Shown here piece by piece: positions 38,540 through 50,799 of a stretch of 64,000 nucleotides of DNA (within the stretch, counting starts at the first letter, position 1; the number at the start of each line of letters is the position of its first letter). The translations under genes were made by a program, and so were the position numbers. Source of the DNA: Heptranchias perlo (taxonomy: Eukaryota); contig NC_090359.1 in NCBI RefSeq assembly GCF_035084215.1, positions 13,950,001 to 14,014,000 of the forward strand. The letters are read 5' to 3'. The notes beneath the pieces were generated by a model, which did no database searches, was not told the origin of the DNA, and worked only from the letters and a program-made list of their open reading frames with translations.

Positions 38540-38860
38540 ATCTTTATATTGATGGAGTAAATAAGGGGAAACTGATTCCAGTAGCAGACCGGTTAGTAAC
38601 CAGCAAACACAGATTTAAGGTGATTGGTAAAAGAACCAGAAGTGACACGAAACTTTTTTCAGTGTTCTGATCTGGAATGCATTGACTCATCGGGTGGTGG
38701 AAGCAGATTTAATAACTTTCAAAAGGAAATTGGATAAATACTTGAAGGGGGAAAAGAGCAGGGGAGTGGGACTAATTGGATAGCTCTTTCAAAGAGGCAG
38801 CATAGGCACAATGGGCTGAATGGCTTCTTTCTGTGCTGTAATAGGATATTATGATCTCTA
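38540..38860 (+). mobile_element. CR1 LINE 3' end
   Basis: tttaaggtgattggtaaaagaacc..tctggaatgc..tggataaatacttg..gggctgaatggc. Confidence 0.8.
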
Positions 38861-38974
38861 AAGGCACTTTTGGGATATCAATGTCACCACATTTCATACG
38901 TTGTTGAGCCATAATTTTACGAGTCAGTGTGAATTATCTGGTAGCTTTGACTGCTGCATAGTTCGCACCTTTGA

Positions 38975-39340
38975 GGTGTAGTCACTGTTGTAAGGTAAGA
39001 AATGCGGCAGTCAATTTGCCTCCAGCAAGGACCCAAAAACAGCAATGAAATATTGACCTGATAATCTGTTTTAGTGATGTTAGTTGAGGGATAAATATTG
39101 GTCCAGATATTGGGGAGAACTCCGCTGCTCTTCCTCGAAATAGTGCTGTGGGATATTTTACGTCCACCTGAGAGAGCAGATGAGGCCTCGATTTAATATC
39201 ACATCCAAAAGACGGCACCTCCGACAGTACAGCACTCCCTTAGTCAGCCTAGATTATGTGCTCAAGTCTCTAGATGATGACTTGAACCCACAACCTTCTG
39301 ACTCTGAGGTGAGAGTGCTGCCACTGAGCCACAGCTGACA
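38975..39340 (-). mobile_element. DeuSINE (SacSINE1/AmnSINE1-like) with tRNA head
   Basis: Reverse strand: gtggctcagtgg A-box, ggttcaagtc B-box, Deu core gtgctgtactgtcggaggtgccgtctttt..caggtggacgtaaaatatccc. Confidence 0.82.
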
Positions 39341-39770
39341 CAAATGGAGATGTTTGTGTGGGTGACATTGCATTCAGTAATCTTCACTGCCTCTCATTCT
39401 CGCTGAATATCCTGAATTTTACCAAACAACATTTCATGAGAATCAAAACTAAAAATGATGCATCCCACAATGCTTTGCCCAGTTGATGCCCCCATGCTGC
39501 CAATCCTCAGACACACCCATTCTCTATATTAGAACTGGGGACGATTCACACCATCCATGGGATGGAATTTCCATTTCTCTGACCAATGGATGGTTTGCAA
39601 ATTCACTCAAGACAACTTGATTGCTTTGAATATTGTCTCAACATCACAATCACTAACAAGTAATAAACTTGACCAGATTATGAAAAGCCACTTCAGTGAA
39701 AATATCAAATTATTATCAAATAATTCAAAGTTATGATTCCAAGAGATTGAAACAAAGAGAAACTTTCAGA

Positions 39771-41619
39771 TTTTTTTTTTTCTTTTTTTTTCACTTTCAG
39801 ATTTTTTTTTTTCCTTTTTTCTTTTTTTAAATTTTGTTAGGCCCCCCTTTTATAAGAAGGGGGTGTGGGGTGTGCTTAAATACTAAAACCAAACAAACCA
39901 AAACCAAGTGTTCAAATTAAAATTTTATTCTCCTCGTCCAGGATACACTCCAGCCCCTGCGGTGCCCACCGGTCGTGGAAAGCCTCGAGCGGACCGGCAG
40001 ACACCGCGTGCTCCATCTCCAGGGCCACCCGGGCGCGGAGCATTCCGCGGAAGAGAGGCAGACAGGCCGAGCGACCGCCCCCACGGACCACGATCATCCT
40101 AGACCTGTGGATGGCCACCTTGGACAGGCCCAGGAGCAGGCCCACGAGAACGTCCACCGACCTGCCCGCTCCCCTCCTCACCGGGCGGCCAAAGATCAGG
40201 AGCGTGGGACTGAAATGCAGCCAGAACTTGAGGAGCAGCCCCTTCAAATAATCAAACAGGGGCTGCAGTCTCGCACACCCAGTTCACAGATGGAACACGG
40301 ACTCCTCCAGGCCGCAGAAATCACAAGCGGCCTGGGTGTCCGTGAAATGGCGTCACCGCCGGTTGCACGCGACTGCTCCGTGCGCCACCCTCCACCCCAG
40401 ATCCCCGATGGAACACGGGAGGATCCCTGAGTAGAGAGTCCCCCACTGGGAACCCCCGTCTCCGCCGGACGGCAGGATGGTACGCCAGGGCGTGTCCGGC
40501 CGAGAGACGAGGGCGAGGAAGTGGATGGTGTGCAGGAGCAGCCCGTACAGGAAATCCCTCCGCGCGGTGTGAAACGGCACGGAGGGAATTTCCGAGAGAC
40601 GGCTCAAGTTGTGAGGCGCGGCCCCCCGAGGGAGGTTCCGGGGTTTGGCGCCGAGGAGGAACTCCGTCCGAACGGGGGTCAGGTCGGACGGGATGGCTCC
40701 GCACGCCTGAGCCGCCTCCACATCCCGAGTGGAGTCAGGGCCGAGCGCCGATTTCAACGCCTGGATGGCGATGGCCGCGTCCCCGGCACGCCACGAGGAC
40801 ATCCGTGCGGCGAGCGCCCACGGCTCCAACCAACCCGACCCACCGCCATCCAGGACGTCCCTGACTCTGGTCACCCGACCGGCCACGGCCCTCCGCACCG
40901 ACAGCCGCGAGTGGCCGAAGCCGATATCGCGGAGGAACGGATTCCCGAGCAGCGGCTCCTGCAGGACGGCCGCTACCCCTGACAGGTGAGAGCTCCGACC
41001 GGAGGCGACCATGTTCCAGACCCTGAGCAGATCCTGGTAAAAGACAGGCAGCTCCTGCAAAGACGTGCGGCCGCCCACCAGCGAGACGAACAGGAGCTGC
41101 GTGTCGTAGTTCAGGCCGTGCAGCTGGCGGAAAAAATACGTCGCCAGCGCACGCCATCTAAGAGGACGCTCAACGTACAGGTATCGCCGCAGCGTCCGAA
41201 GGCGGAAAGTTGCCACCTGGGTGCGGACGCACTCCAGCCCCTGACCGCCCTCCCTAAGCGGGAGACTCAGGACCGCGGCAGCGACCCAGTGTATCCCTCT
41301 GGCCCAGAAGAAGTCGACGAACTTCCTCTGAATCTTGGCGACAAACTCGGGGGGTGGGGTCAAAGTGACCAACCGGTACCACAACATGGCGGCCACCAGC
41401 TGGTTTATGAACAGCAGTCGACCCCTGTAGGATAACACTCGGAGCAGTCCTGTCCAGCGCGCCAGGCGAGCGGCGACCTTGGCCTCCAGCTCTTCCCAGT
41501 TCACCGGCCAGGCTTCCTCAGCAGGGCCGAGGTAGACTCCCAGGTACCGGAGGTGCGTGGTACTCCAGGCGAAAGGCCTGAGCTCCTCCGGCAGGGAGTC
41601 AACCCGCCACTGACCCACC
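39771..41619 (-). mobile_element. 5'-truncated Tx1 copy (last ~1.8 kb of ORF2 plus tail)
   Basis: Aligns with 17553-19321; T-tail 39771-39830. Confidence 0.95.
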
Positions 41620-41652
41620 AGAAAACTAGACGAAACTGGAGTGCATCCTGGA

Positions 41653-41959
41653 TATCCACAGGTCCAGGATGCTCGCGGTCCGTGGGGGCGGGCGCTCGGA
41701 CTGTCTGCCTCTCTTTCGCGGGATGCTCCGCGCCCGGGTGGCCCTGGAGATGGAGCACGCGGTGTCTGCCGGTACGCTTGAGGCTTTCCACGACCGGTGG
41801 GCACCGCAGGGGCTGGAGTGCATCCTGGACGAGGAAAATAAAATTTTAATTTGATGCCTGGTTTCGTTTTATTTGGTTTTTAGTACTTAAGCACACCCCA
41901 CACCCCCCCCCTTCTTATAAAAGGGGGGCCTAAAAAACACAAAAAAAAAGAAAAAAAAG
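41653..41959 (+). mobile_element. 5'-truncated Tx1 3' end, head-to-head with the preceding copy; tail ends at the ZP3 TATA position
   Basis: ORF 41669..41854 RARVALEMEH..GLECILDEENKILI; tail aaaaaaaag|ggtgctgg. Confidence 0.93.
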
Positions 41960-42003
41960 GGTGCTGGTTGATGGGTAAAGTGATAGTTGAGTTGTTTGGT
42001 ATC

Positions 42004-44856
42004 ATGGGGGATTTTGTAGTGAGAGGTTTGTTCCCGGTGCTGGTGTTAGTTGGAGTGGTTTGTTGCTCTGATATTTGGCAACAGTTTCGAGGCCAGAGAT
42101 TTCCATGGAGAAGAGTAAAACCCACCCCTGTGCCCCAGAGAGTCCCTCCCCCTGTCCCTCCCTTTGGTTCCCATTTCAGTGTGTCTGAGGGGAGAAGTCT
42201 GTCTCCACTGCAGACTGTGATGGTGCAGTGTGGAGAGCAGAACCTGCTGGTGAGGGTAGACATGGATTTATTTAGAACCAGGCACCTGATTAAAGCTGCT
42301 GACCTGACCCTGGGGACAGCAGGTTGTCGGCCAACTGGGATCTACTCTCAGAACCACACTGACCTCTTTGACTATGGGCTCCATGAATGTGGTAGCAGAT
42401 TGCAGGTAATGTGATTCCTCAACTCTTGCTCCAATTTCACTGTGTAGATTACTGCCCACTCTGAACTCATTAACATCGGGTGAAACTCCAGCCACTGAGG
42501 AGATCCCTGAATGAAATCTGTGTATAAATTCTTGCCCACTGTGAAGTATCACCCTGTGTGAAACTACTTCTTTATGTTGACATGTCAATCTTCGCTTTAT
42601 ATTTAAAAAGAACTTCAACTTGTCACTGAGGGACTGCATCTTTCTTAAATGGGTCATTGCTGCTCTCTAACTCTGAGATTCAATTCTATTGACCTTGAAC
42701 CTTCACCTGCATTTCTCCAAACCACTCTGTTCTTTTGTGCCTCAATTGATTTATCTTTTCCGTGCCTTCCTGTGGATATTCAGGCCTGTTGCCTCAACTT
42801 GTGGTCAATGAATGTTCAGTGTGGAAGTTCCTGTTGAGACTTCCCTTGAAAGATGAAACAAGTGGAACAATAATTGGGATACAGTGTATTAAAGGGGAAC
42901 TCCACTTTTGGTTGTTACACCTGCCAATACCATTGATTCCACGGACACAGATGAGATTTAAAAGTGATGTTGTGTTTTGTGCGCCATATCAGGGGTAACT
43001 TGAGCCCCTTAAGGTGAAAGCTCTAATCTATATGGGAAAGAATGCTCATCAAATCTGGCAGTGCCAATCATTTCAGGGTTTCTGACTGCAGGCCTGAAGT
43101 CCCCTGGAACAGAAGGTGGACTGAGCAGAGTAACAGAGGCTGCTCCAGGCAACTTCCACCAATGGTGGAGCTACTTCAATCATGTGTCATTGAGGAACAA
43201 CTGAAACCCCTCAAACTGCTGCTTAACAGGGCAGGAAAATGACCAGAAATAGCTTTTGTCCAATGAGACCAGCTCTTCATTCCTTAACCTGATGTCTTTC
43301 AGATGGCTGGAGATTTCCTGGTCTACACCACCCACCTGAACCACACCCCAAATGCTCGTGGATCTGTCATTGTGAGAACCAATGGAGCAATCATTCCCAT
43401 TGAGTGCCACTATTTTCGGTAAGAATCTTTACTCTGTGGCAAATAAGGTCTACAGCAGGTGCAGTTCTCTGAAGTTGTCCTGAAATTACACTCCTGTCCT
43501 TCCAGGAAGGGCAATGTGAGCAGTGACCCGATCAAGCCCACCTGGATCCCATTCAGCTCGACCAAGTCTGGAGAAGGGCTTCTGTCATTCTCACTGCGTC
43601 TTATGGACGGTATGTGATGGGTGGATGGGGAGTGCTTTTCTGTCTTCTCCCACTGGGAGTTACACCCACTGTCTCCAACCCTTGTCCTCTTGTACTTCAG
43701 ATGACTGGCTTACAGAGCGCACCTCGACTGTCTACTACCTGGGTGACCTCATTCACATTGAGGCCTCTGTTTCAATGACCAACCACATGCCCTTGAAGCT
43801 CTACATTGACAGCTGTGCAGCTACATTGAGCCCAGACAAGGATTCCACCCCAAGATACAACATCATTGACTACCATGGGTAAGGAGCTCTCTGCTTTCTC
43901 CAGCTGGTTCTGTCTCAATCGGTTCACTTAATTCACTTTGTCCCTTTTTAAATCTTTCTTCAGTTGCCTCCTGGACAGCAAAGCTGAGGACTCCTTTTCA
44001 ACCTTTGTGTTGCCAAGAGGTGAACGTGAGCTGGACAAACTCCAGTTTGACCTGGATGCGTTCCGCTTCTTTGGAGATGACCGTTCCTTGGTAAGAGGAA
44101 GCCAAACATTGGGGTTCCCCATGTTGGGAGGAGGTCACTAAATAACAACTTGTATTGAATGTGTCCCTCAGATTTTCATCACCTGTCACCTGAAAGTTGC
44201 TGCAGTGGATCGGAGAGATTCCATGAACAAAGCTTGTACTTTCCAGAATATGTAAGTTCCCTCTCTCACTCAGGGATGTGTTGTATTAAAGGATGATGGA
44301 CAACCTGGTTGATAAACTGATTCTCTGGTTTAGCTGGACCCCATTAGAAGAATCGACCAATGATGTGTGTGCCTGTTGTCATCTGGGCAGCTGTAGTGCC
44401 ACGAGGGAATTCCGACCTGATTCCAGAGGAAGGAGGAATCTTGCATCTGGACCTGGTAGGACATTGATCCTCTATGTTGAAGGTCACCTTTTACCCTCTC
44501 TAACTGGAATGTTTGATATTGCAGAGAGTGATGCTGAATTGAAGTGGGAGGGTGAAGCCTCACTTGGACCCCTGGTCATTCTGGATCTTGATGTGACCGA
44601 GCTGGCAACTGAGTCCCTTAATGAGGTTGAGCAAAGGATGCAGGAGATGTCTCCGGGTGGTGAGTTGGTTGACTGCTAGTTTCCATTTTCTCCTCAGTAT
44701 TTCCTTCACTAACCATTGGTTTCTTGTTGCTTTTTAGGTGTGGAGTCTGAGGTGGTCCTGATCCTGGCCCTGACTGTGACCGCTGTCTCTCTGATCTCTG
44801 CTTCTTTGATCGCCTTGTTCCTGTGCAGGAAACACAAGCAAACCCAGTTCAACTAG
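42004..44856 (+). CDS. zp3: ZP3-like zona pellucida glycoprotein, copy 2, intact; 9 exons (42004-42405, 43303-43418, 43506-43609, 43701-43878, 43964-44090, 44172-44251, 44334-44455, 44525-44659, 44738-44856), 460 aa
   Basis: Signal peptide, VQCGE..LHECG, IECHY, PTWIPF, DSCAAT, GCLLDS, FITCHLK, NKAC, CACC, furin site RGRR, EHP SLGPLVI, TM helix; exon phases sum to 1383 nt; AATAAA at 44870. Confidence 0.93.
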
Positions 44857-45664
44857 TTATCAAATGACCAATAAAGCAGTGACTACTTGTATCTTCTAAT
44901 GGCTGGTTGCTCATTTTTCATTATCTGGCTCCAATCAGCATGCAACAAGTGCTCAATTCTGTTAGTAACACTCCGCACTCCTCCACAGTTCCTCCTGTTA
45001 GTGAAATGGGTTTTAATGGGTCCATGTAAGTAGTTGCAGAATGGTTGGTAATAGTGTTTCCAGGCCCTGTCCAGGGATGGCTGCAGCAATGGGTGTAGGC
45101 TTGCCAGGCCCTCATTGTGCAGGTCAATGAACTCTGAAGGGACAGTGGGACTGGCCTGGGGTACTGGTGCCGGCTGGTTGACGGCCCAATCATTCCCTTG
45201 GTGTCCCGTGGCCATTGATCACTCGAATCCCACACGGGCTCCAAACTCCAGTTAAACTTTCCCTTTTGGAGCTCATTGTCCAAACACCAATAGTATTGAA
45301 AGTTGGTGGACTTGGAACTCTCCTCCAAGATTGAAGATCTCTGCCTCTGGTGTAAAGATTCTTGTTTAGTGGGGGTGTGGCTCCAGGTAGATTTCAAATG
45401 TTCAGTGTCATGGTTAATGTACACAGGGGGCAATGTTGTGCCCATTGGGTCCAGGCACAGTGAGAGTGTGAGGGACGGGGAGCCCAGCGGTTGTGATTTA
45501 ACTCTGTTGGATTTGAATTTCACCTGTCATCTTGTGAGCACAGATTGAAGTTTCTTTATCCTCAGCTTCCCCTCATGACAGGCCCTCAAGATTGTCTTGT
45601 AAGTAGTTCGTCCTATTTTCAAATTACATTGTTTATCATTCACTGTATTTGAAGGGTGGTCATC

Positions 45665-45945
45665 GGAACAGGAGCAGGTCACTTAGCCCCTCGAGCCTGG
45701 TCCACCATTCAATGAAATCATGGTTGATCTGTGACATAACTCCATATACCTGCCTTAGTCATATCCCTTACCTTTTTTTGCTTAACAAAATTTTAAGCTG
45801 AGATAATAGATTTAACAATTGAGCGAGCATCAACTGCCATTTGTGGCAGAGTGTTCCTAACTTCTCCCACTCTTTACGTGTCGAAGTGTCTCTTCACTTC
45901 ACTCCTGAAAGTCCTGATTCTATTTTTTAGGTGATGTCCCCTGGT
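45665..45945 (-). mobile_element. CR1 LINE 3' end fragment
   Basis: ggaacaggagcagg..cagcccctcgagcctg-like terminus, ccattcaatg..catggttgatc. Confidence 0.7.
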
Positions 45946-46884
45946 CGCGAAACTGGCTGTTTTTATAACTTTACAGTGAATTGGGTCCAATCCATGTCTG
46001 GGACACCCTTGCCTTGTGAAATACTGAAATTTGTTCATAAAATATTCAGATTAATAAGAGAATGTTTAACTTTACTGAGCTGAGTTTTTCTTTCTGGTAA
46101 ATCAGACATTCAGGGGGTCTATTAAACAGGATGGGAGCTGTTAGCAGTAAACACCCTCGCTTCAGACAACATTCTTTGGCAGGTGGAAACCACTCCTCCA
46201 TTTAAATCAAATCATGGTAATATTTTACTTAAGCTATAATCACTGAAGTTTAGTGTTTAAACATAGCAGGAGATCCAGGCTTGTTCTGTTAAAGTAGAAT
46301 AACAATAAGTTAGTGGGAACTTTTAACAATAGCAATTCATTTCTGCTCACTGTACATACTGAAGGTGATTTTTCTTCCAGTGGAAACTACAGTCAGACGG
46401 CCCCTCCTCACTTTCACTCTGAGCTTCCTCACACTATTGATAAATAGTGTTCGGAAACTTTAAACCCAATAGATGACAATACATTCAAGTGCAGTGTTGG
46501 TCCATCCTACCCTCTTCTGACTGTTGTCTGATTTACATGTAAACATTTCAGGGAGACTTTACAAAGTGGCCAGGTCACCAGGAGAACTACTTTGGGATAT
46601 TTTTACAATGTTGCAAAAAATACCATGTAGAAATGCTTCAAGAATTCATTCTCAATGAAGCTTAGGATCTTGCAGTGCAGAAACAGGTGACTTTCCTCTC
46701 CCCTCATCCAATTTAATGTTCCTCTGTTCCAAGGTCCCTATACCACTCCCATTTAAAATAATTCATGGAGTCGGTCTGAACAACACTTTCAGGCAGAGCT
46801 CTACATTGTTTCTTTCCTCTCTGTAAAGATTTTTTTTGAATCATGAACAAGTACCTTTTGCCATGTCACATTTGACACTAGGAG

Positions 46885-47540
46885 TTATAGAATCATAGAA
46901 ATTTACAGCACAGAAGGAGGCTATTCGGCCCATTGTGTCTATGCCAGCTGAAAAAGAGCTATCCAGCCTGATCGCACTCCTGGTCTTGGTCCGCAGCCTT
47001 GTCGGTGACGGCACTTCAAGTGCACATCGAAGTACTTTTTAAAAAGCGAATTGTGTTTCTGCCTCTACCACCCTTTCAGCCAGTAAGGTCCATACCCACA
47101 CCACCCTCTGGGTGAAAAAAATTATCCAGAGATCCCCTCCAATCCTTCTACCAATTACTTGAAATATATGCCCCCTGGTTATTGGCCTCTCTGCTGAGGG
47201 AAATAGGACCGTAATATCCTTTTTTTATTTGTTCATGGGATGTGGGTGTCGCTGGCAATGGCAGAATTTATTGCCCATCTCCAATTGTCCTTGGGAAGGT
47301 GGTGGTGAGCTGCCTTCTTGAAGTGATGCAGTCCGTGTGGCCCCCAATAATTTTATACACTTCAATTAAATCCCCCCCCTCAGCCTCCTCTGTTCCAATG
47401 AAAACAACTCCAGCCGATCCAATCCTTCCTCACAGCTAAAATTCTCCAGTCCTGGACCATCCTTGTAAATCTCCTCTGGACCCTCTCTGGTGCAATCCCA
47501 TCTTTCCTGTAATGTGGTGACCTGAACTGGACACGGGTTA
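46885..47540 (-). mobile_element. CR1 3' fragments with an intervening SINE tail
   Basis: atagaatcatagaa terminus; ORF 47380..47565 VQF.SPHYRKD..ERVQRRFTRMV. Confidence 0.75.
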
Positions 47541-47599
47541 AATTTATTAGTCCGCCTGTTCCCACAGGTCCCAGTCGAGTTTCTTCATTCCTTTCCTTG

Positions 47600-48140
47600 G
47601 TTCAATCCGTCATTCACCGATTGGGTTTATGACCGGTCACCACCTCCTGTGATTTCCCCAATTGGCTGCCCCTCTTCTCAGAGATTCTCTCGCTCCACAG
47701 ACCACCTGCACTCTGTCGGTTCCACCAATCCGGGAAGCTTCACCTGTGATTGGATGAACTCGGTGACCCGGGCCCGTCATGGCGGCCGAATCTCCCACAA
47801 TGCAGAGCGGCAGAGAACAGGCCCCATCTGTGAGACAGGCCGCGCTGCACTCTGGGAGAATGTTCGCACATGCGCACATCACCCGCCGGATCAGCGGCCG
47901 CTTCCTGTTGTGTCGCGAGACAAACTTTCCGTTTTTTCGGTTGAGAACGAGCGGTTTTTATTGTGACGGAAACTGACGTCACTTTTCCTTTGAATCGCGC
48001 GGTTTGATTTAAATAAACGGCGCACATGCGCAGTGTGGCGCGTCCCTCTTAAAGGGCCCTGGACCGGCCGAGAGTCCCCGAGCCCGGGGACAGGACCGAG
48101 AGACGGGCAATGGGATTAGAGCGGAGGGCGGCCCCGGGGA
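47600..48140. promoter_or_regulatory. CpG-island-like promoter with NRF1-, CRE-, YY1-, ETS- and CCAAT-type motifs
   Basis: CpG-dense non-repeat tract; CATGCGCA at ~47868 and GCGCACATGCGCA at 48020, TGACGTCA 47974, CATGGCGGC 47778, CTTCCTG, GATTGG. Confidence 0.6.
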
Positions 48141-48144
48141 GGGG

Positions 48145-48590
48145 GAACTTGCATTTCTCCAGCGCCTGTCACATCCTCAGGACGCCCCAAAGCCTCGCAG
48201 CCAATGGGGGGCTTTGGAAATGAGGTCACTGTTGTCATGTGGGCAGCCATTTTGTGCAGAGCAAGATCCCACAAACAGCAATGTGATAAATGACCAGATA
48301 ATCTGTTTATAGGTGTTGGTTGAGGATTAAATATTGGCCAGGACACCGGGGAGAACTTCCCTGCTCTTCTTCGAATAGTGTCGTCGGATCTTTTACATCC
48401 ACCTGAGGGGCCGGACTGGTTTAACGGCTCGTGCAACAGACGGCACCTCCGACAGTGTAGCACTCCCTCAGTACTGCACTGGAGTGTGAACCTGGATGTT
48501 GTGCTCGGGTCTCTGGAGGGGGAGCTTTAACCCACAACCTTTATGATTCTAGAGGTGAGAGAGTGCGACAAATGAGCCAAGGCCGACACC
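48145..48590 (-). mobile_element. DeuSINE (SacSINE1-like), near complete
   Basis: Homologous to 38975-39340 including the tail (ttggggcgtcctgagg..aaatgcaagtt). Confidence 0.85.
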
Positions 48591-49059
48591 GAGTACTTCA
48601 GAAGGGTCGTTAATTCTTCCGTCCCGTAACACGATGTGACTTTCTTCCACAGGAGAATTCGTGCCTGAACTTCCAGGAGTTTTGAGGAAAAACGCAACGG
48701 ATTTGAACAATTTGCTGGAAAATACTTGAGGCTGACTGGAAACCTCTTTGGATGTTCACACGGCCGGGAGGCACCAAGACATTTCGATGAGACTGTGAAG
48801 GATGTCAAGTGAAATCAGACACATGGCGAGCAACGGTGTGAAGGTAATTGGGGGATCCCCGGGGTAATGCCCAGTCTGTTCAGGTGGGCCATTTAAAAGG
48901 AAATGGAACAGTGCGGGGAGAAAGTTGTCTGGGGACCGGAAACAGAGGGTCCGGGTTAATGGGAGTTGCTGAGATTGGAGAAGGGTTGGAAGTGGTTACC
49001 CCAGGGGTCAGTGCTGGGCCCACTTTTATTCTCCGTATTTATGGACTATTTGGAATTAC

Positions 49060-50210
49060 ATAGAATTTACAGCACAGAAACAGGCCATTCGGCTCAACTG
49101 GTCTGTGCCGGTGTTTATGCTCCACACGAGCCCCTCTCACACCTCTCTTCATCTGTCCCTATCTGTATATCCTTCTGTTCCTTTCTCTCTCATGTACTTA
49201 TCGAGCTTCCCCTTAAAGGCATCTATGCTATTCACCTCAACTACTCCATGTGTTAGCAAGTTCCACATTCTAACCACTCCTTGTGTAAATAAGTTCCTCC
49301 TGAATTCCTTACTAGATTTATCAGTGACTATCTTCCATTCATGGCCCATAGTTCTGGTCTCCCCCACAAGTGGAAACATCTCTATGTCGACCCTATCAAA
49401 CTCCCTCATAATTTTAAAGACCTCTATCAGGTCACCCCTCAGCCTTCTCTTTTCTAGAGAAAAGAGCCCCAGCCTGTTCAGTCTATCCTGATAGTTATAA
49501 CCTCTCAGTTCTGGTATCATCCTTGTCAATTTTTTTTGCACCTTCTCCTGTGGCTCTACATCCTTTTTGTAACATGGAGACCAGAACTGTGCACAGTGCT
49601 CAGTGTGGTCTAACCAAGGTGCTAGACAAGTTCAACATAACTTCCCTGCTTTTCAATTCTATTCCTCTGGAAATGAATCCCAGTGCTTTGTTTGCTTTTT
49701 TATGGCCTTATGACCCTGAGTCACTGCATTTAATGATTTGTGTATCTGTACCCTGAGACCCCACTTTGCTCCGACTCTTATTATCCAGGAAGTATGTGGC
49801 CTCCTTATTCTTCCTACTAAATTTGTACCACCTCACACTTATCTATATTGAAATTCATTTGCCAATTACATGCCCATTCTGCAAGTTTATTAATGTCTTC
49901 CTGTATTTTATCTCAGTCCTCTTCACTATTAACTATATCCCTCAATTTGGTGTTGTCTGCAAATTTTGAAATTGTTCTTCCGATTCCCAAGTCCAAACCG
50001 TTGATGCAAATGGTGAACAACAGTGTTCCCAGCACTGATCCCTGTGGAACACCACTTCCCACCTTTTGTCAGTCTGAGTGACTCTCATTAACCCCTGCTC
50101 TCTGTTTTCTGTTTTGTTATCAGCTTGCTATCCATTCTGCTACCTGTCCCCTGACTCCACAAGCTCTGACCTTGGTCATGAGTCTACTATGCGGTACCTC
50201 ATCGAAGGCC
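49060..50210 (-). mobile_element. CR1 LINE, RT to 3' end
   Basis: ORF 49149..49541 RLGLFSLEKRRLRGDLIEVFKI; [10 protein letters not shown] on the minus strand near 50050. Confidence 0.92.
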
Positions 50211-50379
50211 TTTCAAGATCTTTCATCTTTTCTTCTTCAGATATTGATTCACTTCCCTTTTAAATTCTGCTTCCCTCATTGTTTCTGGTCGGACATTCCA
50301 TTGTCCTAACAACCCTCGACATCAAAAAGAAAACCAAACTCTCTTACTTTGATGCCCTCCAGTTACCGACTCACGAACT

Positions 50380-50790
50380 GGGATGTGGGCGTCGCTGGCA
50401 AGGCCAGCATTTATTGCCGTTCCCAGTTGCCCTTGAGAGGGTGGTGGTGTGCCACCTGTCTTGAACAATTGAGTGACTTGCTAGGCCATTTCAGAGGGCA
50501 ATTAAGAATCAGCCACATTGCTGTCGGTCTGGAGTCACATTTCGGCCAGACCGGGTAAGGACGGCAGGTTTCCTTCCCGAAAGGACATCAGTGAACCAGA
50601 TGGGTTTTTACGACAATCCGGTAGTTTCATGGCCACCATCACTGATACTAGGTTTTTTTTAAATTCCAGATTTTATTTAATTAATTGAATTTAAATTTCC
50701 CAGCTGCCGTGGATTTGATCTCATGACTCCGGAATATTAGTCCGAGCCTCTAGGATTACTAGTCCAGTAACATAACCACTGTGCTCCCGT
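50380..50790 (-). mobile_element. tRNA-derived SINE
   Basis: Head on the minus strand cagtggttatgttactggactagtaatcc..gagtcatgagatcaaatcc; same family as 6495-6725. Confidence 0.75.
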
Positions 50791-50799
50791 ACCCGTACT

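Noticed and set aside
39771-41959. Classical twin-priming inversion
   Set aside because: Both arms carry their own 3' end and tail and differ in sequence; twin priming yields a single tail
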